Position numbers and translations under genes: made by a program
Assembly (NCBI GenBank): GCA_963717525.1
Contig: OY970343.1
Location: 2,208,001 to 2,272,000, forward strand
Direction: 5' to 3'
Length of the DNA: 64,000 nt
From: an uncultured Methanoregulaceae archaeon
GTDB lineage: Archaea; Halobacteriota; Methanomicrobia; Methanomicrobiales; Methanospirillaceae
In this document: positions 22,356 through 34,190 of the stretch, piece after piece
How positions within the stretch are numbered: position 1 is the stretch's first letter
Layout: every line of letters begins with the position of its first letter
Notes under the pieces: generated by a model
Databases searched by the model: none
Seen by the model: only the letters and a program-made list of their open reading frames with translations
Told to the model about the DNA's origin: nothing

Positions 22356-22409
22356 GGGAGGAGCGCGTCTGGTTTATCCGGTAAGTCAAGGCTGTATTCT
22401 GCGCCCGGG

Positions 22410-23057
22410 TCACACCTTTTTTACAAGGTCGGGATGCGAGTTCCGGAACCGGATGAGCCCGTCACAGAACTCGCCCAGGTACTCGTCCATCGAGAGGCTC
22501 CCCTCCTGGAACCGGCACTCCTCTTCCTCGATCACCTGGTTGATCATACCTGTTGTCGGGAGGAGCAGGTCTATGGGCACTCCGGATTTTTCCGAGCCCC
22601 GTACCAGCGCCTCGCGGAAGAGGCCGATGCAATAGGCGATCCGGTACCTGTACACATGCCGGGTCTTTGCGAGGTATCCTGCCACACGGTCGGTCTCGAT
22701 CGACAGGAAGTCAGCCTTGACCTTCTCATCATTCACTTTCCCGAGCATGTACTTGTAGTGTGCATAGGGATACATCGTCTCGAGCTCGGCGGGCACGATC
22801 CCGCAGGTGCCAAAGATGACAATATGGTACTGTGCCTCATCAAACACCTGCGAGATGATCATCCGGATAAGCTGGTGGCTTGGGCTTGAACTGTAGGGTT
22901 TTCTCACCGCACAGGGCATAAAGATCGCGATATCCTTGGGCTGGACTTCGTACTCATTGATGATGTACCGGTAGGACTGCTCGAACTCCTCCAGGTAGAA
23001 CGGCGGGCCAGTGAGGATAGGCGTGTCCGGGTCGTTGCGGGGTCCGGGTCTTCCCAT
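22410..23057 (-). CDS. DUF5591-like protein (related to an archaeosine synthase ArcS domain)
   Basis: MPCAVRKPYSSSPSH and GIVPAELE..YP..HY motifs. Confidence 0.7.
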   Translation of the reverse strand: MGRPGPRNDPDTPILTGPPFYLEEFEQSYRYIINEYEVQPKDIAIFMPCAVRKPYSSSPSHQLIRMIISQVFDEAQYHIVIFGTCGIVPAELETMYPYAHYKYMLGKVNDEKVKADFLSIETDRVAGYLAKTRHVYRYRIAYCIGLFREALVRGSEKSGVPIDLLLPTTGMINQVIEEEECRFQEGSLSMDEYLGEFCDGLIRFRNSHPDLVKKV

Positions 23058-23301
23058 GGATCTTCCTAACAAGATCAATCACGCACCAGATGAAACAACC
23101 GGTCATAACGGATCTGTGCGGGCTTTCCCCGGCTCATCCAGCCGGCTATGATCAGGCCGGGGAGTGGGGTACTCGGCGCTTCATGAACCGCAGGTTTTTA
23201 TCCCGGGATACCCTTCGTAAAACAGGATAATTGAGGCGATGGATTTTTATTATTTCCATAAATATACTGCTCTACGCATGTACAATACGCTCGATCCTGA
23301 T

Positions 23302-23487
23302 ATGAAGCACCATACGCTGTATTTTCTGGGCGGTTTCGCTGCGGTGGCTGTCGGTTTTGCCGCGCTGCTCGCAGGTTTTTTTTCTGACCAGGAAGCAATA
23401 ATGTACTCAGGTGCGGTTTTCATTTGCGGTGCAGCAGCAGTGCAGAGTGTCCTGCTCCTGTCTCAGTCCCGCCCCCGCCAGGATTAA
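23302..23487 (+). CDS. Small 2-TM hypothetical protein (start may be 23239)
   Basis: Two hydrophobic segments; ends just upstream of the next ORF. Confidence 0.45.
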   Translation: MKHHTLYFLGGFAAVAVGFAALLAGFFSDQEAIMYSGAVFICGAAAVQSVLLLSQSRPRQD

Positions 23488-23493
23488 CGGTCC

Positions 23494-23862
23494 ATGTTTA
23501 CAAGAGAACCAGTATCCCCCTGTTCCGGGATCCTTTATGCAGATCACCTGGTCACTATCACCGGTGAGAGCATCACATTTGCGTACTACTCGTTTCCCTT
23601 TGCAGGGAGCAGGACGGTCGCTTTTTCTGATATCGATCATATCATGGTCATGGAGCCTTCCCTGATAAACGGCAAATGGCGGATCTGGGGTTCCGGGGAC
23701 CTGCGCACCTGGTTCCCGCTTGATATCCACCGGCCCTCGCGAGACCGGATATTTTTAATGACCCTGAAGTCCAGGCGCACGAGGATCGGATTTACTGTTG
23801 AGGATTCATCACGTGTCATCGCTCTTCTCGAAGAGCACGGGCTGCTCGGCAGTGTATCGTAA
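23494..23862 (+). CDS. Hypothetical protein, possibly PH-like fold
   Basis: 122-aa ORF with beta-rich pattern, WRIWGSG and RIGFTVED. Confidence 0.65.
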   Translation: MFTREPVSPCSGILYADHLVTITGESITFAYYSFPFAGSRTVAFSDIDHIMVMEPSLINGKWRIWGSGDLRTWFPLDIHRPSRDRIFLMTLKSRRTRIGFTVEDSSRVIALLEEHGLLGSVS

Positions 23863-24113
23863 AAACACACCGTGTCACCTGATGGATCGCGATGACCGGG
23901 CACCACACCGGTAACTCCGCCCCCCCGGGAAAGACCCACCTTGCTATGGTATAAAGCAGACCACGGTACCAGGTGCCGGAGGGGATACCCGCAGTGTACC
24001 CTGTATCACCCTGTACAGGCACTCTGTACCACCGAACCATCTGTTTTTTCTCTCTATGCAGGCATATTCTTTTCAGAACAACATCCTGAAGAAAAACACT
24101 GGTGAGAAACGAT

Positions 24114-24494
24114 ATGCGGTGGTACATCTGGGCCCTGGTACTGGTGATCGCCTGTGCCCTGGGGGCCGGCTGCCTCTCTTCCCGGGGCCAGAATACTCAG
24201 ATTACGGTCATGAGCGAGGAACTGGACTCATTCAATCCGGTGAACGTCGGGTCGTTCGATTTCTACACTGCCGATATCCGGGTCGAAAATCCCACCAACC
24301 TGACATTTGATAACGTCGAGATCCAGGTCCATCTGATGCCAACGACCGCATACTGCCATTCCCAGTCAGCGACCTTTGATATCCCTTCGATGACGCCCTA
24401 CCAGAAATTGAAGGAGACATTCTCCTTCTCCGAGTTCGCCGATCTGGACTGCGCGTATAACTTCTCCTCATCGGTGACGTCAGATCAGCCTTAG
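24114..24494 (+). CDS. Secreted or lipoprotein-like hypothetical protein
   Basis: Signal peptide ending in a lipobox-like LGAGC; beta-rich body. Confidence 0.65.
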   Translation: MRWYIWALVLVIACALGAGCLSSRGQNTQITVMSEELDSFNPVNVGSFDFYTADIRVENPTNLTFDNVEIQVHLMPTTAYCHSQSATFDIPSMTPYQKLKETFSFSEFADLDCAYNFSSSVTSDQP

Positions 24495-24572
24495 ACCCCG
24501 AAAAAGCCGGCCATGGGGCCGGGAAAAAGTGAGAAGAACGGGTCGGAATATCATCGCAGGGATTGCCGGGTT

Positions 24573-25343
24573 TCAGGTCCGGTTGTTGCGGAAGACGCCC
24601 ATGAAAAGGCATTCGTCTGCAGCAATGGTATCGACGCCCACCAGATCCCCGATCGGCATCCCGAGTCCCCGGACGATCGCGGCAGGTGTGCACTCGTCTG
24701 CCTCGCCCATGACGAGTTCGGCGGCCGATGCGATATTGTCGGCAACAGCCCTTTTGGTCACTTCCAGTTTGCGGCCGAATAGGTCGCACCGCCCGCGGTC
24801 ATCAATGACGGAGGTGATGCCGGCGCAGCCGATGGCCACCCCGGAGCACCCGAGGCGCATCGCGTGCGTGCGGCTGTCAGCGATGATCACCCCGATGTTG
24901 GCATGGCACCGGTGGGCGATCTCGTCTTTTATGCGTACAGCGCTTGCATTGGGATCCACGGGCAGGGGCACGATGCACCCGGGGGGAGCGTTCGAGGCAT
25001 CTACGCCCGCGTTCGGGAGAAGTGTACCCTGCTTCATGCAGAGCAGAAAGCCCGGGATACCGCCGACTATTTCGTCACTCTCGGCTAGGACGACCTCGAC
25101 GGTGCGGGGGTCCATGTGGTAGCGTCCTGCCAGTTCCTGTGCACGCGGGGAGGGGGTGATCGTATCGAGCCTGACCACGTTTCCTTCGGCGGTAGCTACC
25201 GCGGTCTCGGCAAGGACAAGAATGTCCCCGTCCGCAAACCCGCCGCAGGCCGCGTCAGCCGCCGCGATGATCCGGTCGGTGAACGGGTCGTGGGGCCGGA
25301 TAATGCCCGTGGAGAGGCCGGTGATAGTAAACGAGGAGTTCAT
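24573..25343 (-). CDS. cofE: CofE-family gamma-glutamyl ligase
   Basis: PNAGVDASN, IIADS, GVAIG, DLFGRKL and ASAAELVMGE. Confidence 0.85.
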   Translation of the reverse strand: MNSSFTITGLSTGIIRPHDPFTDRIIAAADAACGGFADGDILVLAETAVATAEGNVVRLDTITPSPRAQELAGRYHMDPRTVEVVLAESDEIVGGIPGFLLCMKQGTLLPNAGVDASNAPPGCIVPLPVDPNASAVRIKDEIAHRCHANIGVIIADSRTHAMRLGCSGVAIGCAGITSVIDDRGRCDLFGRKLEVTKRAVADNIASAAELVMGEADECTPAAIVRGLGMPIGDLVGVDTIAADECLFMGVFRNNRT

Positions 25344-26155
25344 GCCCCTTTCACCATCTGCTCGTATACCCTCACTATATCCCGGGTGGCTGCCACGTCA
25401 TGCGTCCGGATGACCGATGCGCCCTTTTCGAGCAGCTTCATGGTTACGGCAAGCGTGCCCGGCAGCCGGTCCTCCGGCTCGCGGTTGAGGAGCATCCCGA
25501 TAAAGGTCTTCCGTGAAACGGCTGCAAGGACCGGGCGGTCGAATCGCAGGAATTCATCGAAATGCCGGCAGAGTTCCCAGTCATCCTCTACCGAACGGAA
25601 CGGGGTCCAGATGCCGACCCCGGGGTCGAGCACGTACTCATTCACCCCGGCCGTTTCGCACCGTTTGATAACTCCTTCGAGCGACGCAATCGTTGCATCG
25701 ACCCCGATTGGATCTCCCGGTACCCGGTATGTGGCCATCACAAACGCGGGGAGTCCGGCGTCCGCGACCTTTTTTGCATAGGCCGGTGAGACAAAACCGC
25801 TGATGTCGTTTGCCGCATGGATATCATGCTTCAGGCAGACATCGAGGACGCCCGGGTGCATCGTGTCGACCGAGAGGGTGATCCCGCTCCCGTCCAGTTC
25901 CTTTAAGGCGGCATCGATCCGTTCCGCCTCTTCCTTCCCGCTGATCGGCTGCGTGTTGGGGGCAGTGCTCCGTGCGCCGATATCGATCATGTCAGCGCCC
26001 TGCTCGACCATCGCTACGGCGGTCGCATGGACCTCCTCAATAGGGATATACGAATTCAGGTAGAACGACTCGCCGCTGCAGTTGATAACTCCCATAAGGC
26101 GTGGCGGGGCGCCCCCACCGATATCGAGTTTGTTGACCCGGCAGGACCTCATCAT
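25340..26155 (-). CDS. folP: Dihydropteroate synthase
   Basis: [25 protein letters not shown] and RTHDV. Confidence 0.9.
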   Translation of the reverse strand: MMRSCRVNKLDIGGGAPPRLMGVINCSGESFYLNSYIPIEEVHATAVAMVEQGADMIDIGARSTAPNTQPISGKEEAERIDAALKELDGSGITLSVDTMHPGVLDVCLKHDIHAANDISGFVSPAYAKKVADAGLPAFVMATYRVPGDPIGVDATIASLEGVIKRCETAGVNEYVLDPGVGIWTPFRSVEDDWELCRHFDEFLRFDRPVLAAVSRKTFIGMLLNREPEDRLPGTLAVTMKLLEKGASVIRTHDVAATRDIVRVYEQMVKGA

Positions 26156-26994
26156 GGCACCCTCATCGACGCCGCGGCAAAGGTGTTCTCCATGAGCGTT
26201 GCAATCGTCATCGGGCCCACACCGCCGGGGACCGGGGTGATGGCCGATGCGATCTTTTTAACCGCTTCAAAGTCCACGTCCCCGACCAGCTTCCCGTTGA
26301 GCTGGTTGATGCCGACATCGATTACAACCGCTTCGGGCTTGAGCATGTCGGGCGTGATGAAATGCGCCTTTCCTATCGCCGAGACAAGGATGTCTGCCTG
26401 CCTGAGTTCCGCGGGAAGATCCCGGGTCCTGCTGTGGCAGAGTGTTACGGTCGCGTCGGCATTGGTCAGGAGTGCCGCCATCGGCCTCCCGACATCGATG
26501 CTCCGCCCGGCAACAACGGCCCTGGCGCCGGCAATGGGGATCTTATACTCTGCAAGCAGGGTCATGATCCCCTTGGGGGTACAAGGAGCAAAACGGGGTT
26601 TACCGCTCATCAACAGGCCGAGGTTCGTGGGGTGAAACCCGTCGACGTCCTTCTCTGTTTTTACCGCGGCAATCACCCGGTCGGTATCGATCTGTTTTGG
26701 CAGGGGGAGCTGGACGAGGATCCCATTGATCTCCGTATCCTGGTTAAGACGGGTGATCGCCTCGATCACTTTCTCCGTGGTCGCCTCGCCGGGGATCTCG
26801 ATCCCGACAGAGCCGATGCCCACCCGTTCGCAGGCCCGGTGCTTCATACGCACGTACATCTGTGACGCCGGGTCGCTGCCTGCGATCACGGTGGCAAGCC
26901 TGGGGTAAAGCCCCGACTCACCGATCGCTTCCTTGAGGAGTTCGAGCCGCTTTTCCGAAACCGCTTTCCCGTCAAGGATGATGGCCATCGTCAC
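26152..26994 (-). CDS. folD: Methylenetetrahydrofolate dehydrogenase/cyclohydrolase
   Basis: [26 protein letters not shown] and [11 protein letters not shown]. Confidence 0.96.
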   Translation of the reverse strand: MTMAIILDGKAVSEKRLELLKEAIGESGLYPRLATVIAGSDPASQMYVRMKHRACERVGIGSVGIEIPGEATTEKVIEAITRLNQDTEINGILVQLPLPKQIDTDRVIAAVKTEKDVDGFHPTNLGLLMSGKPRFAPCTPKGIMTLLAEYKIPIAGARAVVAGRSIDVGRPMAALLTNADATVTLCHSRTRDLPAELRQADILVSAIGKAHFITPDMLKPEAVVIDVGINQLNGKLVGDVDFEAVKKIASAITPVPGGVGPMTIATLMENTFAAASMRVP

Positions 26995-27008
26995 ACCCTC
27001 ACCCGGTA

Positions 27009-28250
27009 TCAGGTCACCGGGTAAATCGGGAACTTCTGTGCCATCCCGGTGACTTCGCCATGGATCTTCCTGATCAGCGTTTCATTCGTGATGTCCTTCA
27101 CGATCGCAGAGATCCATATCCCGATCTGGCGCATCTCTGCCTCTTTCATGCCCCGGGAGGTGACGGCAGGAGTACCTACCCGCAGCCCGCTCGTGACAAA
27201 CGGGCTCTTGGTCTCGTTCGGGATCGTGTTCTTGTTGACCGTGATGGCCGCCCTGCCGAGCGCCACTTCCGCCTCAAGGCCGGTCAGGTGCTGGCCGGTG
27301 AGATCGATGAGCATCAGGTGGTTGTCTGTGCCGCCTGAGACAAGCCGGATCCCGTTGTCCATCAGGGTTTCTGCAAGGACCTTCGCGTTCTTCACGATCT
27401 GCCTGTTGTATTCCTTAAATGAGGGCTTGAGTGCCTCCTCGAAACAGACCGCTTTTGCCGTGATCGTGTGCATCAGGGGACCGCCCTGCATGCCCGGGAA
27501 GACTGCCTTGTCGATAGCCTGTGCATATTCGTTGTTGCACATGATCGCACCGCCGCGGGGCCCGCGGAGCGTCTTGTGGGTAGTGGTGGTGGTGAAGTTC
27601 GTCACACCGACAGAGGTCGGGTGGATGCCGGCCGCGACAAGGCCGGCAATGTGGGCGATATCGGCCATGCAGTAGGCGTCGACGTCGTCAGCGATCTCCT
27701 GGAATGCCTTAAACTCGATGGTACGGGGGTACGCCGAGGCACCACAGACGATAATCTGGGGCTTTTCCTTCTTTGCCATCTCGCCGACAATGCCGTAATC
27801 GAGGGTTTCGGTCTGGGGGTCGACGCCGTACTGGGCGACCTGGTAGAACTTTCCCGTGAAGCTGACCGGCGATCCGTGCGAAAGGTGGCCACCCTGGTTG
27901 AGCTTCATGCTCAAAATCTTCTCTCCCAGCTTCATGTACGCAAAATAAACCGCCATGTTCGCCTGGGTGCCCGAGTGGGGCTGGACGTTTGCATGCTCGG
28001 CGCCGAAGAGTTTTTTCAACCGGTCCCGGGCAAGGTTCTCGGCCATATCATGGAACTCGCACCCGCCATAGTACCGCTTTCCCGGGTAGCCCTCGGCATA
28101 CTTGTTGGTCATGATTGACCCCATTGCCTCGAGCACCGCACGGCTGACAATATTCTCGGACGCGATCAGTTCGAGCCCGTTTGTCTGGCGGAGCCGTTCC
28201 TTCTCAATGATATCTGCTATTTCTGGATCAGTTTGGGAAAGATACGACAT
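27009..28250 (-). CDS. glyA: Serine hydroxymethyltransferase
   Basis: [28 protein letters not shown] and [13 protein letters not shown]. Confidence 0.97.
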   Translation of the reverse strand: MSYLSQTDPEIADIIEKERLRQTNGLELIASENIVSRAVLEAMGSIMTNKYAEGYPGKRYYGGCEFHDMAENLARDRLKKLFGAEHANVQPHSGTQANMAVYFAYMKLGEKILSMKLNQGGHLSHGSPVSFTGKFYQVAQYGVDPQTETLDYGIVGEMAKKEKPQIIVCGASAYPRTIEFKAFQEIADDVDAYCMADIAHIAGLVAAGIHPTSVGVTNFTTTTTHKTLRGPRGGAIMCNNEYAQAIDKAVFPGMQGGPLMHTITAKAVCFEEALKPSFKEYNRQIVKNAKVLAETLMDNGIRLVSGGTDNHLMLIDLTGQHLTGLEAEVALGRAAITVNKNTIPNETKSPFVTSGLRVGTPAVTSRGMKEAEMRQIGIWISAIVKDITNETLIRKIHGEVTGMAQKFPIYPVT

Positions 28251-28527
28251 ATGGATACACGTTCGTCTGGATCAGGTAATACCTTTTCTTAAGAAGGAGC
28301 GCGAGGGGTGCATGGCTGGCAGGAGTGCCGTCATAAATCCGGATTTTTTATGCATGATCCCTGCCGGAAAAGGCGCGTAGCGCCCGGATCGGGCGGTTAT
28401 CCGGGGTCTGAACCCTGTTTTTTGGGTGAAAAGAAGCACAAACCTTTTTTTCTCGTCCGCAGATCACTACTATTATTAATAAGGAGTGCGCCGCACCTGT
28501 ATATATCAGAACATATACGGGTATCGC

Positions 28528-29082
28528 ATGGTGCAACCGGATGCAAAGATCAGGTATCTTGAGTTCGAACTTGATGAAAAGGAGAAAATGGTCAACATGA
28601 TGGAAAGTTCAGGAAGCGGTGCAGGTGAGGACCGCGTCGCCGCGCTCGAAAAGAAGGTCAACGAGATGGAAGCACTCGTCAAGGGGCTCACCCAGGAACT
28701 CCTTGACCTCAAGTCCATTGCGATGAAGATGTCCAAGCAGACCGAGGAACGCAGCCGCCAGGAACTCAAACGCATGCCACCGATTGTCCAGGGTGCAACT
28801 GCGTCCGGCAGTGCCGCCGCACCCCAGCAGGGTGGCAGCACGGTTGTGATCCGCAAGGGTGCCCGGGCGGATTCCGAACCCCAGACCCCTGCCGAGCCCG
28901 CGATGGACATGATCATGCAAACCGACGGGACGATGAAGCTTGAGCCCCGGCGCGGGGAGAAGGACTATATCGTCGCATCGGCAGGCTATGGCCGGAACAA
29001 GAAAGGGGTTTCGGTCAAGCCCAAGCAGAGCGATTTGATCTACGCAGTAGAAGAAGACAAGTCCGATGCAGCAAAGAAGTAA
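28528..29082 (+). CDS. Hypothetical coiled-coil protein upstream of smc
   Basis: Heptad segment RVAALEKKVNEMEALVKGLTQELLDL, low-complexity linker, C-terminal DYIVA and DLIYA. Confidence 0.75.
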   Translation: MVQPDAKIRYLEFELDEKEKMVNMMESSGSGAGEDRVAALEKKVNEMEALVKGLTQELLDLKSIAMKMSKQTEERSRQELKRMPPIVQGATASGSAAAPQQGGSTVVIRKGARADSEPQTPAEPAMDMIMQTDGTMKLEPRRGEKDYIVASAGYGRNKKGVSVKPKQSDLIYAVEEDKSDAAKK

Positions 29083-29103
29083 GGACGATGGGGAGCCGGA
29101 TCT

Positions 29104-32100
29104 TTGCACATCACAGAGCTGGAGATAGATAATTTCAAGTCTTTTTCAAAAAAGACAAAAATTCCCTTTTTAGAGGGTTTCACCGTAATATCAGGCCCGA
29201 ACGGCTCCGGGAAGAGTAATATCATCGACTCAGTCCTTTTTGTCCTGGCACTTTCGAGTTCCCGCAACCTGCGTGCCGAGAAACTCACCGATCTCATCAA
29301 CCTCAACTCCGGGAAAAATACGGCTGAGGTTGCCATCGAGTTTTCCGACGGGACAAAGATCCGGCGCCGGATCAAACGGACCGGCAACGGTTATTACAGC
29401 TACAACTACCTAAACGACCGGCTCTGCAAGCAGAGCGACATTGTCGACCACCTCGCAAAGTTCGGTATCATCCCGCATGGCTACAACGTCGTGATGCAGG
29501 GCGACGTGACCCGGATCATGGAGATGAGCGATTTCGAGCGCCGGAAGATCATCGATGAGATCGCCGGCGTCTCCGAGTTCGATACAAAAAAGCAGCAGTC
29601 GCTCTCCGAGCTTGATGTAGTAAGAGAGCGCATCGAGCGCGAAGAACTCCTGCTGATCGAACTTACCAAACGGGCAAACGAGCTGAAAAAAGAGCGCGAA
29701 CACGCGCTCGAATACCAGAAGTGGCAGAAGGAGCTCGGCTTCTACCAGGGGTGCCGGTCCGCCGCCCAGCTCCGCGGCAAGGAGAAGGAGAGGGCTACGC
29801 TCCTTGCGTCTGCCGAAGAACAGAAAATTAAAATCTCCCGGATCGAGGCCGACCGGGGCATCGAGGAGAACGAACTCTCCTACCTCGGGGCCGACCTTGC
29901 AGATATCGATGAGCTCATCAACAAGAAGAGCGGGCCCGACTACCTGAAGCTGATAGCAGACCTCGAAGAGGCAAAGAGCGGGATCAAGCTCGCGGAGCAG
30001 ACCATTGCACGGCTCAAAAAGGACAAGGAGACAAACCTCGAAGGGATCAACCGGGTCTTCGCGGACACAAAACGGGCCGAGACCCGGGTCGCAGAGCTCT
30101 CTGACCAGATCCGCACGCTTTCCATCGACCGCACGAACATCGCCATCGAAGTGGCAACCTCAAAAGCGCAGCTCGAAAAGATCGAGACCGAGCTCCACCA
30201 GTACTCCTCAGACACGGAGGAGGCCCGGCAGAAACTCTTTGCCCTGATGGAGGAGGCGGAAGCAAAGAAGGGGGAGCGCTCCGCGATCCTCCACCAGCAG
30301 GACATGCTCATCGAGAAGAGCCGGATGCGCACGAGCGAACTCGAACGCCTGATCGCGCTCCAGAAGCAGCTTGACGAGGAGTATACGGCAAAGCAGGGGC
30401 AGCTTGCGGAGAACGAAGGGGCGGTGGCCGAACTTTTGGACCGGAAAAAGAGATCGACCGGAATCTCTCCGAACTGGAGAGCAGCCTCTTTGCCCAGCGT
30501 TCGTCCCTTGAACGGCTGCGCGGGGAGATGAAGGACACCGAGCAGGATGCGATCCGGCTCGAAGCCGCACAGCAGGCCCGGGGCGAGTCCGGCGGAAAGG
30601 CGATCGAGGCGGTCAAGGCCATAGAGGGCGTCCATGGCACCATTATGGAGCTGGGCTGTACACCCCCAGAGTACGCGACTGCGCTCAATATCGCTGCGGG
30701 AAACAAACTCCAGTTTGTCGTCTGCGATACCGACCAGATCGCGGCCGATGCGATCCGGTACTTAAAAGACGAGCGGCTCGGGCGGGTTACGTTCCTCCCG
30801 CTCAACAAGCTCAAACCCCCGCAGCTGCCCCCCATAAAGGAGGCCGGTATCATCGATTACGCGGTCAACCTCCTCGACTACGATCCTGTTTATGACAAGG
30901 CATTTGCCGTTGCACTTGGGGCAACGGTCGTGGTCGATACGCTCGACCGGGCCCGGAAACTGATCGGGAAGTACCGGATGGTTACTCTCGAGGGAGAACT
31001 GCTGGAGAAGAGCGGGGCGATGACCGGCGGCTCGGCAAAGAAACCGGTGAAGGGTTTCGGGGCCGCCGTTGACGATGAGATCGTCCGGATCCGGTCGCAC
31101 CTTGCCGAACTTTCCGGCGAGGCCGCAACGATCGAGGCGGGCGTCAAACGCATGACCGAAGAGGTAGATGGCAAACGGGCGCTCCGTAACGGGATTGACC
31201 AGGACATGGCCCGGGCCGGGGCACTCACCGAGGAATTTACCCGCAGGTTCGAAGCGATCACGGTCGAGAAGCAGACGATCGAGACGGCGGTCGCCCGGCA
31301 GAGAGAGGAGACGGGCACCAGCGCGGGAGAACTGTCCGCTCTCGAAGGGGAACTCGACAAGATCACCGAAGCGATCAACCTGATCACAGCCCAGATTGAC
31401 GGTATCAAGAAAAAGCTGGACGACACCAATATCCCTGCCCTCACCGACCAGATGGAGAAGAAGAAGAAGGAGATCGAGGAGGCAGAACGGCGCCTCAGGA
31501 ACAAGGAGGCGGACATGAACGATGCCTCCCGCGAGCGCCAGCACTTCACCGCCCGGACCGGGGAACTTTCGGAGGAGCGCACCCGGCTGGACGAGCGCAA
31601 CCGGCAGATCGATGCGGAGGTGGCCGGGTCAAACGGGCAGATCGATGCCCACAAGGCCGTGATCGCAGAACTCGAGGAGAAACAGAAACAGTTCTCAGGA
31701 GAACTCGAAGGCCTGCGGAAGAAACGGGCCGACGTGTCCGGCAGCATCCATGCCTCGGAAACAAAACTGATCAAGTTCGACGCGGACAAGGAGCGTTTCA
31801 CGATCCAGCTCACCGCCCTTGAGGAGCGGGCTCAGGCGCTTGCAAACGAGATCGCCGCCCTCGTGGCCATTGTCGGGGAGGTCGAGACCGACCTGACGCT
31901 CACCGAGATCGAGAGGAAGATCGCTGATGCCGAGCTTGCGCTCCACAAGATCGGCGCCGTCAACATGCTCGCCATCGAGGAGTACGAGAAGATCCAGCGG
32001 CAGGTTGAGGAGCGGACGGAACGAAAAGAGACCCTCTCCAAGGAACGGATGAACCTTATCGATCGCATCGAGAAGTACGAGCAAATGAAGTTCGAGGCAT

Positions 32101-32543
32101 TCATGACCGCATTTAAGGCCATCGATGCCAACTTCCGGGAGATCTTTGCGCGGCTCACGAGCGGGAGCGGGAACCTTGTGCTCGAAAACGAGGAAGACCC
32201 CTTCACCGGCGGGCTCACGTTTGCGGTCAAGCCCCGGGACAAGAAAGTCCACCTCCTCTCATCCCTCTCGGGAGGGGAGAAATCTCTGACCACGCTCGCG
32301 TTTATCTTCTCCATCCAGCACTACATCCCGGCGCCCTTCTACGCGTTCGACGAGGTGGACATGTCGCTTGACGGTGCGAACGTGGAAAGGATCGCGGGTA
32401 TGATCCAGGAGCTTGCCCCTTCGTCGCAGTTTGTCATCGTCTCGCTGCGTAAGCCCATGATTGAGGCGGCGCAGCGGATCATGGGCGTGACGAGCCGGCC
32501 GGACAAGAGCACGCTTGTTACCGGAGTCAAGGTCCATGGCTGA
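29104..32543 (+). CDS. smc: Chromosome segregation protein SMC; -1 indel in the A run near 30445
   Basis: Walker A GPNGSGKSN and QGD in the first ORF; hinge GRVTFLPL and GAMTGG, LSGGEKS and FDEVD in the second. Confidence 0.95.
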
Positions 32544-33473
32544 ACAGAACGGGAAGCACCGGGTGGATAAGGGTGCAAAGGCAGGAAGGGCCGGCGAACC
32601 TGCCCCGGCAAAGTTCCCCGGGGAGCAGCCCGAAAACGAAGATCCCGACCCGGTCGTCATCACCGGTACCCACGATTCAGCCATGTCTGAAGTCTCTCCC
32701 GGGGCAGCGGACACCCCTGCCGCACCTGCGCCTGAGATTATCGAAGACCCGGTTGAAATTCTCGTCGGTCTTGCGGAAAGGGGCGAGATCGACCCGTGGA
32801 ACATCAACATCATCGAGGTGACCGACCGGTTCCTCTCCGAGCTCGAACGGTGCCGGCAGCTCAACCTCCAGATATCCGGGCGCACCCTCTTCTATGCGGC
32901 AACTCTCCTGCGCATGAAGTCCGAACAGCTGGACCTTGTGTCAGATGAAGAGGATGATGGTACAGATGGGGAGGGTGAGGACTTCGATTTCGCAGGTGAC
33001 CTTGACTTCGAGGACGTGGGAAGGTTCGGGCCCATCGAACGGCTGGAACGGGAGATCCAGCGCCGGCTCGACCGGAAGAGCCTGCGAAAGAGCCCGGTCA
33101 CCCTCTTCGAGCTGATCATCGAGCTCAAGAACCTCGAAAAAGAGGAGAGGAGGCGCCGCCGGCTCCCCCGGCCGAGGACGATTTCCTTGTTGAAGCCGAC
33201 GATGTCGTGGGCATCGCCCATGAGGAGGGGTACCAGGACTCGGCCCGGCAGGTCATCGAAGAGTGCCTGGCAAATGCCGACCCGGACGCCGAGATCACGC
33301 TCGCCGAGCTCTGCAGCGATCTCGGCTGGTGCCTTCCCGATGTGTATATCCCGCTGCTCTTTTTAGCGCTGGACGGTCGGTGTTCGATCCGTCAGGAAGA
33401 GTTCTTCGGGGACGTGTACGTACACGCAATGAAGGCGGACGAGGAACAGAACCCGGGCAACACCGTGTCCTGA
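32536..33473 (+). CDS. scpA: Kleisin ScpA; -1 indel in the C run near 33165
   Basis: GEIDPWNINI and AATLLRMKS; C-terminal LLFLA...QEEFFGDV in the second frame. Confidence 0.9.
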
Positions 33474-33573
33474 TGCATTAACCCAGCTGTTTTCAGTATC
33501 ATCTTCCCGGTCCTTCCTCAGGAACGAAACCATTACCCCGATGTGCCGCTGGACATCCGGCCTGCTCCCTCCC

Positions 33574-34076
33574 TCATACCAGTGCAGGTATCCCGTTCGC
33601 CCACGCCTCGACCCGTTTGCGGATCCCGTCATCACTGTAGGACGAGAGGGTCAGCCGGTCCCGGGCGATGGCAAGATAATAGAGCTCACCACCCGGGTCA
33701 TGGCATTTCAGGATGACAGAGAAGAGATCGGCATCGGGCAGGTGCCGGACCTTTCCGCCATGCGCTGCACTATTTGCCATGTTCGAGATCACGGCAGCAA
33801 TGCCATTCTGGTATCCTTCAAGGGTGGAATACATGTCCTGCCCGCTCCCGATCCTTTTTCCGGCCGTGTGAGGTACACGAACTTTGCGGTGTACATCTCC
33901 CGGACCCTCTCTACGGGCGGGTGCGCCTTTTTTGCACTCCGGTAGGGAGTGCAGCCGAGCGGATTTTTGAGTACCAGCGACTGGATAATCCCGCTGAACG
34001 TTGTCACGTCCGCAAACGGGTGTTTAAGAAAACGGCCGGCACTCTTTGTGCCGGGCCTCTGGTTGAACTGTGCCAT
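33574..34076 (-). CDS. Hypothetical protein; probable indel near 33865
   Basis: ORFs 33789-34076 and 33574-33834 overlap and join into one ~167-aa protein by a single-base correction. Confidence 0.6.
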
Positions 34077-34190
34077 TGAGCCTTACCTCATCATCAGTCT
34101 GCCGCAGCACCTGCGGGACAGGAATGCCGGGTCATTAGCAGGGAGAAGGCACCGGGGCCATATAGTCTTGGTGGTAACATTCACGGGAGC

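Noticed and set aside
23862..24100. Intergenic stretch with repeated CTGTA words
   Set aside because: Repeats are too short and irregular; no convincing ORF or structure
30440..30455. G-AAA-AAG as a programmed -1 frameshift site in smc
   Set aside because: The heptamer is imperfect, and a missing A in a homopolymer fits the window-wide indel pattern better
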